In this document: in pieces, positions 12,861-23,459 of the stretch | Numbering within the stretch: the stretch's first letter is position 1 | Layout of the letters: every line of letters begins with the position of its first letter | From: Phoronis australis | Lineage: Eukaryota; Animalia; Phoronida | Assembly: GCA_002633005.1 (NCBI GenBank) | Contig: NMRA01000179.1 | Coordinates: 431,831 to 495,830, forward strand | Length of the DNA: 64,000 nt | Direction of reading: 5' to 3' | Notes under the pieces: model-generated | Told to the model about the DNA's origin: nothing | Databases searched by the model: none | The model's input: only the letters and a program-made list of their open reading frames with translations | Program-made: the position numbers and the translations under genes

Positions 12861-13640
12861 CTACAATCGAAATAAAAAGTAAGGAATCCTCTGTGCTTAA
12901 TTATTTGAAATATCAGAAAGGGCCACAATAAAGCTTAATGTATGGTTAATATAAGAGAATTGAAATGTTTGTCCTCTACACCAATGGCAAAATCGGTCAT
13001 TTAAATACTTGAAAAATCTATTTTAACATGTCCAAACTTTTTGCCATTTGAGGTCACAAAGATTTGCCCGATCCGTCCGAAAATCAACAAAACTCATTCT
13101 CATTTAAGTAAGAACACCTGTGAGCTTTGAAAAGTTATTTCAACGCAGTCTGTGAGATCTTAAAAAAATTACAGGGGCCAGTTTCTTTGTAAACCATTGC
13201 TGAAAAAATTAAATTAGTGACAATCCTGGTCTTTTTTAACCTAGTACGGGCATTTGGAACAGTCAACAAAAAACACGAGCTAATTAATGACCATTGCGCT
13301 AACTGAATTTCAGTGCTATTCCGTCAAAAAATTCCAATACCACGCTCAGCAATGGGGTTTGGTGAGTGTCACAACATTTTCGCTAGAAAATAGTCAAATT
13401 TTCTTAACAAATTTTATGAGTATTTACTCTGGCAATATAATCAATCGATTACTATTGGTTTCCTTCACTGCCGACGTTATCTATTAAGTCACCTCTTATA
13501 ACTTCATCAACTTCTTCCTTTTTGTTAAATATTTCCCACTGTTACCTTCAGCGTGACTGAAATAGGTAGACAAATCGATGATATTTCTTCACATGTAATT
13601 GTCTATAAGCTATTGTTCTTATCGTCACTAGTTAACAAAC

Positions 13641-13769
13641 CTTCACAAAAAGTTCCATTCCCAGTGAATCCGGTCAGACACGTGCAATTATAGCCTCCGG
13701 CCAAATTGCAAGATGTGATTGCGGCGTTAGTATGACAATGGTTCGTGTTTCTGACAAATTCGTCAATGT
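13641..13769 (-). CDS. Divergent EGF exon, open frame but Cys1 lost (DIDEFVRNTNHCHTNAAITSCNLAGGYNCTCLTGFTGNGTFCE)
   Basis: 129 bp, phase 1-1, AG/GT intact, 2-codon insertion, five Cys. Confidence 0.6.
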
Positions 13770-14299
13770 CTACAAACGAAACAAACATGTAAATAAAATA
13801 AGGAAATCTTTGCACTTCATTATTTGAACTACAGAAAATACCACAATAAAGCTAAAGTCAATGTAAAATATGAAAGCACCGAAACGCAGTACAGTGGTTT
13901 TGCATTGCGCACTTCCCACCAATCGAAAAATCTGTCAATTAAGAACTTGAGAAATGAAATTTAGCAGCTTCAAACCTTTTTGACACTTGAAGGCACAAGT
14001 CTTACTCTCCCAGTCCGAAAATCAACACCACTCATTCCCATTTTAAAAGGAACACCTGTGAATTTTCAAGAGGTTATTTCAAAGGAGTTTAGGTGATCCG
14101 CGTTCATTCTCGCGAGACACCAAGCAGATTCCATGACGTTGCCGACAGCAATTAGCAAAAGTACGTGAGCGCGTTAAGTTATGAACGATATAAAATTTAT
14201 GAATTCGTGGTTTTGATTATTAATAAACACTTGTAATATTTGATAAAGCTAGAGATTATGACCATAGATATGTTCCGAAAGACTTAAAAGCAATCTACA

Positions 14300-14850
14300 G
14301 ATTTCTGTTGTTGAATGGCATCGTCAAAGTTCATGTAGAGTCTGGCTTGACGACAGAGCAGTGGTTGCAGATTTTCTCTCATTGCCGGCTAAGATTGTTC
14401 GGAATGCCGCCAGTCAGAGATTCTGGTGATATATATATACTATGGAGTTTTACTGGGATTTTTTCTTCAACATATTCTTCACACAAGGAATGCCAAAAAA
14501 CAGCTGAGGACATGAATGATAAAGACAAAATTTCCTGACATGCCAGGGAGTTTTATGCTCTGATGCTATCGCCACGTTCCCGTGACGAAGTTGACGAGAT
14601 CACTGGTTGTTTATGATGTGATTATAGCAGATGTAGACAAGATAAAGCATCTACTTTCCAAGAATAATCAAAGAAACGGTTACCAGTATCTGAATCTTTC
14701 AAAAACGTTGGACACTGCAGCAGATCAGTGATGTTGGCCCTTTCGGTTTATTCAAAGTAGAAAGCAACAAAAGTTGATAGAATGATTGCTACAACCCACT
14801 CGAATACTTGCAAATGCTACGGCAAATTCTTATCAAGAACGGGATAAAAG
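14300..14850 (+). mobile_element. Possible highly decayed pogo/Tigger-type (DDE_1) transposase fragment
   Basis: TLQQISDVGPFGLFKVE near 14715-14765 resembles the LQPLDV..FGP.K motif; many stops. Confidence 0.3.
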
Positions 14851-14880
14851 TAAACTACAGAAAACGCTGGTGAATTGAGT

Positions 14881-15333
14881 CACAGGCGTCCTCAGCTTCT
14901 GATCGTCCCCCGTCATACACTACATATAAATACTACAAGGTATGACACTCGGGACAAGAAATTCCACGGGTGCTTCGATTCAGCCGTCTATATCAAACAC
15001 ATAACTCAATGAATTTACACAAAACAGGGGTTAAACAAACCATGAGCAATTGTATATTTTATACCATTTATGATGTCCTGCTCCAGAGAGTTTGCAAGAA
15101 ATTTGCAGTCAAAGCACAAAAATGTTCCCAAAAAGCCCAAACACACATCGCACTTTGACGGTTCGAGGTCAAGGACTTTACGGAAATTACCAATGAGTTA
15201 CGGATGGATGGCTAAGTGTAGATAGTGATTTTTACGCGACAAAGAGGCAATTTCAGTACCGTCATTGACCTCGAATCGCAGATGAAATTTTGTGGAATAA
15301 ATAAAAAATTAATAAAAATCTGGTTTTCAGGTT
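14881..15333 (+). mobile_element. Truncated copy of the CACAG-terminal element found complete at 36184-37049
   Basis: Starts cacaggcgtcctcagcttctgatcgtcccc as at 36184 and aligns for ~450 bp. Confidence 0.75.
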
Positions 15334-15499
15334 TTTAAGGAAACATTTCGAAGTAAAGCAGAACGCTTGGCAAAACGAAGTGGTCATACGTGTAGTTGTA
15401 GTTTATACATGTGCACGAAGTTATGAAGTTGGCAAACGAAAAGAATAGGAGAGGTAAAACTCCTAACGTCATAGAGCGTACATGTATGTTGCATTTGTG

Positions 15500-15812
15500 T
15501 ATGTGTAGGTGAAAACCCTTGATAACACGATTGCAATACCGACTTAGGCGAGTGCTCTTCAGTCTCTTTTTCTGGCATGAGCTGTTTGGTAAGCCGGCAT
15601 TTGTCGGTGAAATCACTTTCGACGAAATGCCAGCTACAGCCACAGAGATGTTTCACGGCCTCATACTTGGTATTAACGGCATACTTTTCATTCTTCACTG
15701 CCACGAGCCACTTCCGAAGCATTTTGGGCTCTAGAGGAAGTCGAAAGAAATATATACCCGTTTTCCTCCCAGCTTCATAGTTCGCACAACCGGGAACGAT
15801 ACACTCCACCAT
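15500..15812 (-). mobile_element. THAP zinc-finger fragment of a DNA transposon, frameshifted and truncated
   Basis: MVECIVPGC..FFRLP..KWL..CSWHF C2CH THAP signature; resembles the THAP in the Kolobok at 21500-21790. Confidence 0.8.
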
Positions 15813-16517
15813 AGAGCACTCACTCTGCATAAGAACCACTGGCGTCGTTGGGTCGTTTACTCACCTTCCTCACAGGTTAACGCGACACCTCTCGGCGAGG
15901 TAAGATCGACCATATGGTGGCACTGAACAGTTTGTCTGCCGTAGTTCGGCCGCGGCCTAAATATTAAAATCTAGCGTAGGCAAGGCTTGGGGGCATTTTT
16001 ACTTGGGTGTTGCATGTAAGCCAAGTGAATGTGGCATGCTTGTACTTGTGAACATGTTGAGAATGAAAAAAAGACCGCTTGCTCGGCTGTAGCTGCACTC
16101 TTGTTCAAGATGACGGGCCCCCTGTTGCAATTGGGCATTGCTAGGTAGCGACTGAGAAATTGGCGGCAATTTCAGGTAGCCTTCAAGTAAGCCAGATCTG
16201 CAAAAAAACTAGCTGGTTGACAGTACTTTTGGACCACATTTTTGAAATCGGTAGGATATTTCTTTCGGAATCTTATATTGGCGTTAGTCGAGCATCAGCA
16301 GGGAAGCGGTGGTCTGTGGGTGAAATGTGCCAATTTTGAGTGTTGTGGCCCCTATTTTTTCTTAGTCTAGCTTGGTTTTCAACAGGAGTGAAAGGGTCAA
16401 AATGCAAAAGAGAATAAAGTTTCTGTGCACATCTCTAGGCCTTGTGATGTGAAATGACCCAAAACTTTTCATTCCTTGTCTGCTGTTTTTGAAAGAGTGA
16501 AGAAAGGGTGACAAGTT

Positions 16518-17618
16518 CATAGGTGGATTTAGGAGGGGACTAGGGGGCCCTGCCCCCCCCCCTTGGCTGCCTCAAAAAAGTAAAACAGCAAGAGCGTGGG
16601 GAAATGTTGAGTTTATTAACTAACCCCGGTAATTAAAATTATACGGATGAAACAAGATTTAAATGTGTGCAGTTTTAGTGTGTGTGTGTGGGGGAGGGGG
16701 GGGNTATCCTAGATTCGCCACTGTTATTACACTTTTTACATTTTGGACAATCAGTTCGTAACAAATTTGTTGTATATAAAATAGTCTTCAATTGCCCAGT
16801 TATTCACTAAGGCTTCGATTAAAATTCACATCTTACCAGCAGCTTCTGTTTTTTCATCGTCACTCAGATTCCTTTTTTACTTTAAAAAATGAAGTAATTT
16901 TCTTCATTGCACAGTGAAGCAGACGGAGTCGTAGTGCGCAGCGCCACTGCCGGTCGCCTGGGATATAGCGGGAGAGCCTATACATGTACTTAGCCATAGT
17001 TCATTTACCATTGATCCGTGTTCCGAATTTAACACTTGAAATTGGATCTGAGCCCCTCCCCCAAACACACTAAAATTGCACACATTTCAATCTTGTTTCC
17101 GCCGCATATTGTTAATTAATAAACTCAACACTTCCGTACGCTCTTGCTGTTTTATTTTTTGCGGCACCCAAGGGGGGGCCCCTTGGCTCCCCCCCTGATC
17201 CGCCTATGAATAAGCATTACAAAAAGAAGTAAGTTCTGCGCGCAAACGCTGTGGACCATAAACAAGTAGGTCTCTTAGTATCAAATGAGGAGTTAAATCG
17301 TTTTGGTGTAGTGGTAAAGCACGCGCGCTCTATCCGCCAGGTCGTGAGTTCGAGTCTGTGGTATTTGCAGTTTTCCCTGTTTGACACGTTCTCCATGTTT
17401 TTTTGTTTTTTTTTTCCTTTTTTCTTCGATAATATTCTAGGAATCAAGGAAAATGATTGATTTTTAGAGGAAAAAACAGAAAAAATTCCTCGGCGGGAGC
17501 AAACCCCCTCCCTACCTCCCCCCCATTCGGTGCTATGCATATCTACAATCGTGGTTTGCGCAAATGCTTACAGACAAAATGTTGGGGCCACCCTTGTGAT
17601 ATCCTAGATCAGACACTG
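16518..17618. mobile_element. Composite hAT-like MITE (CAGTG/CATAGG ends) with internal inversion and tRNA-derived head at 17304-17358
   Basis: 17209-17618 is the reverse complement of 55355-55745; 16724-16960 is a direct match to 55740-56085; 16518-16700 and 17050-17208 are inverted copies of each other. Confidence 0.7.
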
Positions 17619-19715
17619 CCATTGACGTGTGTTCTGATAGGCAAACCCGTGTGAGAAGTGTTCTGTGTCCCCTGTACGATGTGATGTGACCGATTTTAAT
17701 CGTCTTAAAAGACGGTAAAAAAGACTAAATAAATCGGGTGGGATTCTCCCTTAAATTAGACATGCATGTGAAAGCAAAGCGCTTTAGCTGGACCACTTCA
17801 ACTGATGTTTAAAATTAGTCATTTTGACATTTTCGACCTAGCTGAAAAAATCCATATGCAAAAAGTAAAAATCATAATATTGGCAATTAGGCAAGTTATA
17901 TACTATTTAAGTAAAATTACTAATCGCTTTGAAACTCGTCACCCTAGGATATGGACCTGGACGATCATAATCGCTCTAAGCTTCCCGGGTAACATACAAT
18001 GAGTGCTCTCGTTTTCGATGCACTCCGAACAAACAATTTCGTAAAAATTTCAAGCATTCAAATGACCCTGCATGAAACAAACATCCAAGGCTTGCCAAAA
18101 TATTTGTAAATGTGCATATCTCTCGCGTTATAATAACGGCAGATAAGTCGTCCCTAAATATCCGTAAACTGCTATTATCTACTTAACAGCATAGAACTGT
18201 TGAACTTGAATGTCATGTCCTGCACTTCAACCATTCATTCGTGTGTTAAAGCTCGCTTTCCCGACGTTTAATGCACGAGACTAGTTGCGAAAGTTTGCGG
18301 TGTGAATTTCCAGCTGTCTGCTCGACTGAGTTTTGATCGGTAATAACCTTTATCAAATCAAGTCCAATTGCTTCGCTAAAATTTCTTTTTGCCATTTTTA
18401 TTCTAATCGATTAATCAAGCATGAAACTTGAGGTACGGTTCCAAACAACCAGCGATTTCTCCGCAAAATTAATCAACTAGACCGTCAAGTACACTAATCA
18501 TTTTTTATACCCACTGACCGGTGACCTTGGGTGAATGCGGGGAATTGTCTGGTCACTGACATCTTTCTAGCTTCAGTGGTAGAGCTACAGAATCTTTCCC
18601 CGCCATCCCGCCACACCATCAAAATGTCCCACTTTTTGACACACGGCGAAATTGACATATTGTCACATACTATTGTGATTTTCGACACGCAATATACATG
18701 TACACGTAGCCCAATTTCCTGTTTTTTTCCAGTTTTATAGGTTTTTGCCGCACCAAAGGTCGAAATAATAGATAAAAATGTATAATTCTGGATATACATC
18801 TGACTAAATTTTCACAGCAATTTTGAGTCTTACTATTACACCCTAAATTAATAGACATTGCAAATTAATTAAATGACTTAATTAGTACATTAATCAACCA
18901 ATTAGTATATGGAGGGTTTCATTATCATACTCAGTTATTTTTCGCATTTTGGTAAAACTTTTAGGTTTTTAGAATAAACATGTTTTTTCAAACCTGAAAA
19001 ATGACAATTACTTATGAATTAAATTATTAATCGTTTGTTTCTGGTATAATCACACAGCAACAATAACCCACGAAGGGCTTTCTTATGCCGTGACTCTCAA
19101 TGAATTCAGTTGAATGCTGTCGGGAGTTGCGAATTGTTTTAATAACTAGTAATGTAATTTTTTCAGCCGCGCGAGATTGAAATCAGCAATCTGTGTCTGT
19201 AGTTCTATACTAAGGCACTACCGCAAATGTGGCAACTGATATCGCATAGCGCAAATCATCCGTAACACTTCGGGTTCATTTCTGTAGACTCAAATCTCCC
19301 CTTATGGTTGGACGTTTTCTGCGCAAGTGTGAAATTAATAATACCAGGAAGAGATAATACGAACATTCATTACTTACACGTAGTTTGAAAGTCAGTGTCT
19401 GCAGTTCGCGCATGTGCAGATATTATTTTCCTCTGAGGCACTTAAGGCTATGAAAATACCCGAAGAGTTTCTGGATGCGCGCAGATACCATTTTATAGGA
19501 TAATCAACAGCTGCCGTTACTCTCCGTTATATCGTTTTAGCTTTGTAAAACGTTTCGTGTGACCGACGTTCTAGCTAACCGTTATATGAATCCAGCTCAT
19601 GAAACATAATAAAATTCACAGAAGTTTAAGTAGCATAATGCGAATAAAAAATTCGAGCTCTAATGCGGCCTATAAGTGCCATGAGATTGAAAAAAGTCAG
19701 AAATGGCCACTCTAC

Positions 19716-19951
19716 CGTAGGGCTCCTTTTCGCAGATAATTCCTTTAGGCCCATGTTCTTTGGAGTCACTCCACTTCAAGTTTGAGAACTTCAACTTGTG
19801 GTGATGCTTCTGAGGCTCGTTTGGCTCATTCATAGCCCAGTGTGTAAATGCTGCGGAGCTATTTAGCCATTGTCCGTCTTCCCACGTCAACTGGTTTTGG
19901 TCAGGCTTAGTCAGACCGAGCCAAATCGTCTCCCACGTCAGATCACTGAAT
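19716..19951 (-). CDS. C-type lectin domain, second exon (IWLGL..W.DG..WAMNEPN..WSD..IICEK)
   Basis: tttctag acceptor in phase 2 matches the donor at 33537; GTAGAG donor in phase 1 matches the EGF exons; 236 bp open. Confidence 0.9.
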
Positions 19952-20706
19952 CTAGAAAATTAAAAAGCGGTGAAATACATAGGGAAGTCATGCCCTCACA
20001 CCAAGTTCACTACACCTGAACACTCTCTGTCTCCTCCATCCCCCGAAGGCACTCATTTCACCTCTAGTCGACGCCAGTTTTATCCCCAACAACAGTTTTA
20101 CCTGCACCCCAGCCTCATGGCTTAAACAGTCTCGTAAGACGGGTAAGGGAATTCAGTTTAACTCGTGATCGATTTCTCCAAACTTTTGCACCCATGGTCC
20201 CAAAGTCAGTTACCTCCCTATTGCAACCAACCACTTCAGCCTCCCATGTCTGTTGCCATATTCAAGAACTCCCTCGCTAAGGTGCGGGGGGTGGGCAAGC
20301 ACCTTTAAGACAGCCACCAGAAAGTTGGATACCAAGTGTCAACAAAACATGATGTGAGCGAGTAACTGTTAAAGGCGAAGGCAACCTTTTTCCATGTCAT
20401 TTTGAGCTAAAATAAGGTTGGCTGGTTATCCTAGACATATTTTCCACTTAATTACAGCTTTTCGTAATTTTATAAATTACTCGTCCGCTACTCCGGAAGT
20501 GACGTTTTAGGAGGCAAGCGTTTCCCGCCACTTGGTTTTGCGTTGACTTTACCGTGCGAATCTGTTCTATTCTACTTTTGTTTTGTGCTGTTTTTCAACA
20601 ATTGTCGCCACCACTTTCCATCGGCGAGTATTCTGCGGCAAGATAGGTTAGTAGAGAACTCAACTACGTTGGATTTAGGAATTGTTTAGTGTGTTGTAAG
20701 CTGAAA

Positions 20707-21010
20707 ATGGCTGGAGTCGATGACCAGTATCACAGTGACAATAGTGTGAGTAAGGGAGACCTTGTTCACAGCAGTGGTGACGAGGAATTTTTTCACGGAC
20801 ATTCAGTGGGAGGGTACATGTTTGAGCCCGAGTATAACGAGGCAGAGTACGCACAGGCACAGGCAGCTGTTGAGAGAAACGAGCCGGCTACTGAGGACAG
20901 ACGTGGTGACACATCTTGGTGCAAATGCACTGTGTGCGTTGTTATGCCTACCTCAATGGAATGCTTGTGTTGTTCAGAGTTCGACGAGGCCAAGCCACTA
21001 CTGGACATGG
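20707..21010 (+). pseudogene. Kolobok accessory ORF, N-terminal part, similar to the P2X7 C-terminal (ballast)/nanor-like Cys-rich domain
   Basis: YMFEPEY..RRGDTSWCKCTVCVVMPTSMECLCCSE matches the Y.FEP / WC.C..C..M.T..EC.CC.E pattern of that family; cut by the internal deletion. Confidence 0.75.
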
Positions 21011-21791
21011 TTAAGTGGACCTCCGGCATACGACGGACAGAGGAACAACTGTCCCACTTGCCAGAGTGTCCCGCGACACACTCCCACTGGATGGTAACCT
21101 GAGCACCCAAACTGCTTACATCGTTTCGTGTGACTCCTTCGCCACACACCTGACACCTTCTAAATAGCTCCAACACTTTAGACAAGTTCACAATAAACTT
21201 ATCAAAGTTTGGCTCACCGATCTGTTCACTGGACGACGAACTGTCCTCTTCACTGTCGAACTGAGCTTGTAATCACTCCCACTACTCTATATCGCTGCAG
21301 GGCTGCTTAGAGGCTCTGGGCTGGAGAAAACAGCACAGGGCGAATCACTACTGGTTCCAGAAATTGCACGCTCTGGGGTACGTTCGGAGGCACGGGTGAC
21401 AGTAGATGAAGTGCCTGCACTAGCTCCAGTCACTGTACTGGCCACAGCTCGCGAGGCTTCTCGCTTCAAAAACGCACTTCTCGGGGGTGGCGACGGTGCA
21501 CTGCCGGGAATCAACACAGACGGAATGGCATCCTTCTTCGTTGTTTTGCAGGGACCTTCATCAGTTCAGCGTACAAATCCTTTCGTAATCGGACGACAGA
21601 AAGTGCTTGCCACACACACGGTAATTCTTCACTGCTTTGTACGTTGCGTGGACGGGTAACGCTGCGTTCTTCACACGAACGAGCCAAGTACGGCAAAGTG
21701 TACCATCCATCGGAAAGCGATGCAAAGGTACTCCCAAAGCGCGCGTGAGCCGATAATTAGTTCATCCTGGTACGCAGCAACAGTGTGGCAC
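21005..21791 (-). pseudogene. Kolobok transposase N-terminus: THAP domain (stop, frameshifts) plus CxxC..C..GH zinc-binding region
   Basis: PHCCCVPG*TN..LHRFP..W..VCGKHF, then KFIVNLSKVLELFRRCQVC..CVAGHSGKWDS; catalytic region absent. Confidence 0.8.
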
Positions 21792-22099
21792 TCACTAGTA
21801 AATGAAAGCAAACGACGACGGAACTTAACACAACCGAGGTAGAACAATGACTGACTCGGCAGCTCTCACAGTCAGACTATATGAAAAGAAATTGGCGCGA
21901 AATGCTTGCCTCCTAAAACGTCACTTCCGGAGTAGCGGACGAGTAATTAATAAAATTACGAAAAGCTGTAATTAAGTGGAAAATATGTCTAGGATAACCA
22001 ACCAACCTTATTTTAGCTCAAAATGACATGGAAAAAGGTTGCCTTCACCTTTAAGTGTTAAGCATGTACCTGTAACTAGATTCCCCGCATAGGGTATTT

Positions 22100-22620
22100 T
22101 TCTGACCTTTAAGAGGTACAGTTCATGAATTTTAAATCTGTCTACCACTTGATGCGAAATCCAGGAGAAACAGTATTATCTCGTAATGAGCAATGGACCT
22201 TCTAATTCGTACATAAACATATTCATGTGATAGTGCTCCATTTGAAGAAAGCCACTTATTACGGTTATGCTTTGAATGGGTACACATTGAAAGCGACTGC
22301 AGCGGCGGCTCCAGGATCACGGTTACACAATCGGAATATATTGTGTTAGCAAGTTGCAGAAATATTTCTTTGGATCATCCGATTGCACGGTGACCTATTG
22401 GTCGCTTTGTGGGGAAATCGCGTACCTTGATTTTCCACAAACAGGCACCTCAAGTATAGGCCCATGGGAATTTTTTTTAATACATGTACATGTATATGCT
22501 ACAGCATGGGGATTTCAGAAGACAGTCGAACGGTGGGACACGTGCCAAAAAATTTCCGACGGTGTTCTTAAGTTCTGTGAAGCATCCGAGTTCTATTGAT
22601 GTTCACACACGCTCATCTAG
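22100..22620 (+). mobile_element. Possible decayed DIRS tyrosine recombinase fragment
   Basis: Broken motifs ALNGYTLKAT, AH, ATAWGF..V..C, DV appear in the order expected for the recombinase C-terminus; very degraded. Confidence 0.25.
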
Positions 22621-23459
22621 CCGTGTAGGTCCGGATAGCCCTGTGTTATGTGGCGTTTTTCACGAGCTGACCAATGTAATGAAACTGGGAAAACTGTTAC
22701 AGACCTGTTACCTTGCAAACACTTCTAGGAGTAATTATTATACTGCTCGTCACAATGCATGTTTTCAAAAGCTCTGCAAACCACGGAAAAATCTTTTTTA
22801 TTAAACTTAATTGATCAAGACGTTGTTTGTAATCAATACGACGTTTCTAAATCACTCTAACGTCGGCATCAAATCAATGTATTCTAAATCACCCGGCCAA
22901 CCCGCGATCGAGAACAAAATTTGGCGCGAGAAGCGAAGCCAGACACGGTGAGTAAATTTGATTCGCTGTTTTTATTTCCAATGTGAAAACAGAGGCATGA
23001 GTTCAAGGCGTAAAACATTGAGGAAGGGCAGATAGAGGTATAGTCTAGTGTCTTTTCCATTTACAGGAGAAAAATTACGTTAACCGAGGCATTGCATGAG
23101 CTGAAAGTTATTTCTATTTCATTTTGGAAAATTACCGTTATTTTTGGCACTAAATCAATAAATTTACCATGGAGTTACAGCATGAAGAAAAAAAATATAT
23201 AACGCAACGCTTGTTTTTTTGTAGTTTTGTCAGGATCTCTGATTTTTCGCTGCTTTTCTGTTGAAACGTGCGATCGAGAACGCAAATTTGTGTTTTGGTT
23301 ATGCGATCAGAAACGCATCGTGGTGTGTCGAACAGTAATGAACTTTTTACTTTTAAATCGTGAAAAGGTTACAAAACAACTGTGGTGCAAGGAATTAATC
23401 ACATTTTGCGTCATTACTGCATGTGGAGAATTTCTTGCTTACACTCTAAGCCCCAGACT

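Larger units (their letters stand above)
20373..22050. mobile_element. Internally deleted Kolobok DNA transposon
   Basis: ~160-bp near-perfect TIRs, AGG...CCT termini, TTAA on both sides (20369-20372, 22051-22054), two convergent truncated ORFs. Confidence 0.9.

Noticed and set aside
17304-17358. tRNA genes here and at 34438, 41632, 44488, 55595
   Set aside because: A/B-box-like motifs only; acceptor and anticodon stems do not pair convincingly and several sit in repeats, so they are treated as SINE-like heads.
20689-21102. Host P2X7 receptor gene
   Set aside because: No channel or ectodomain; it lies within Kolobok TIRs and its 3' part is antisense transposase sequence.
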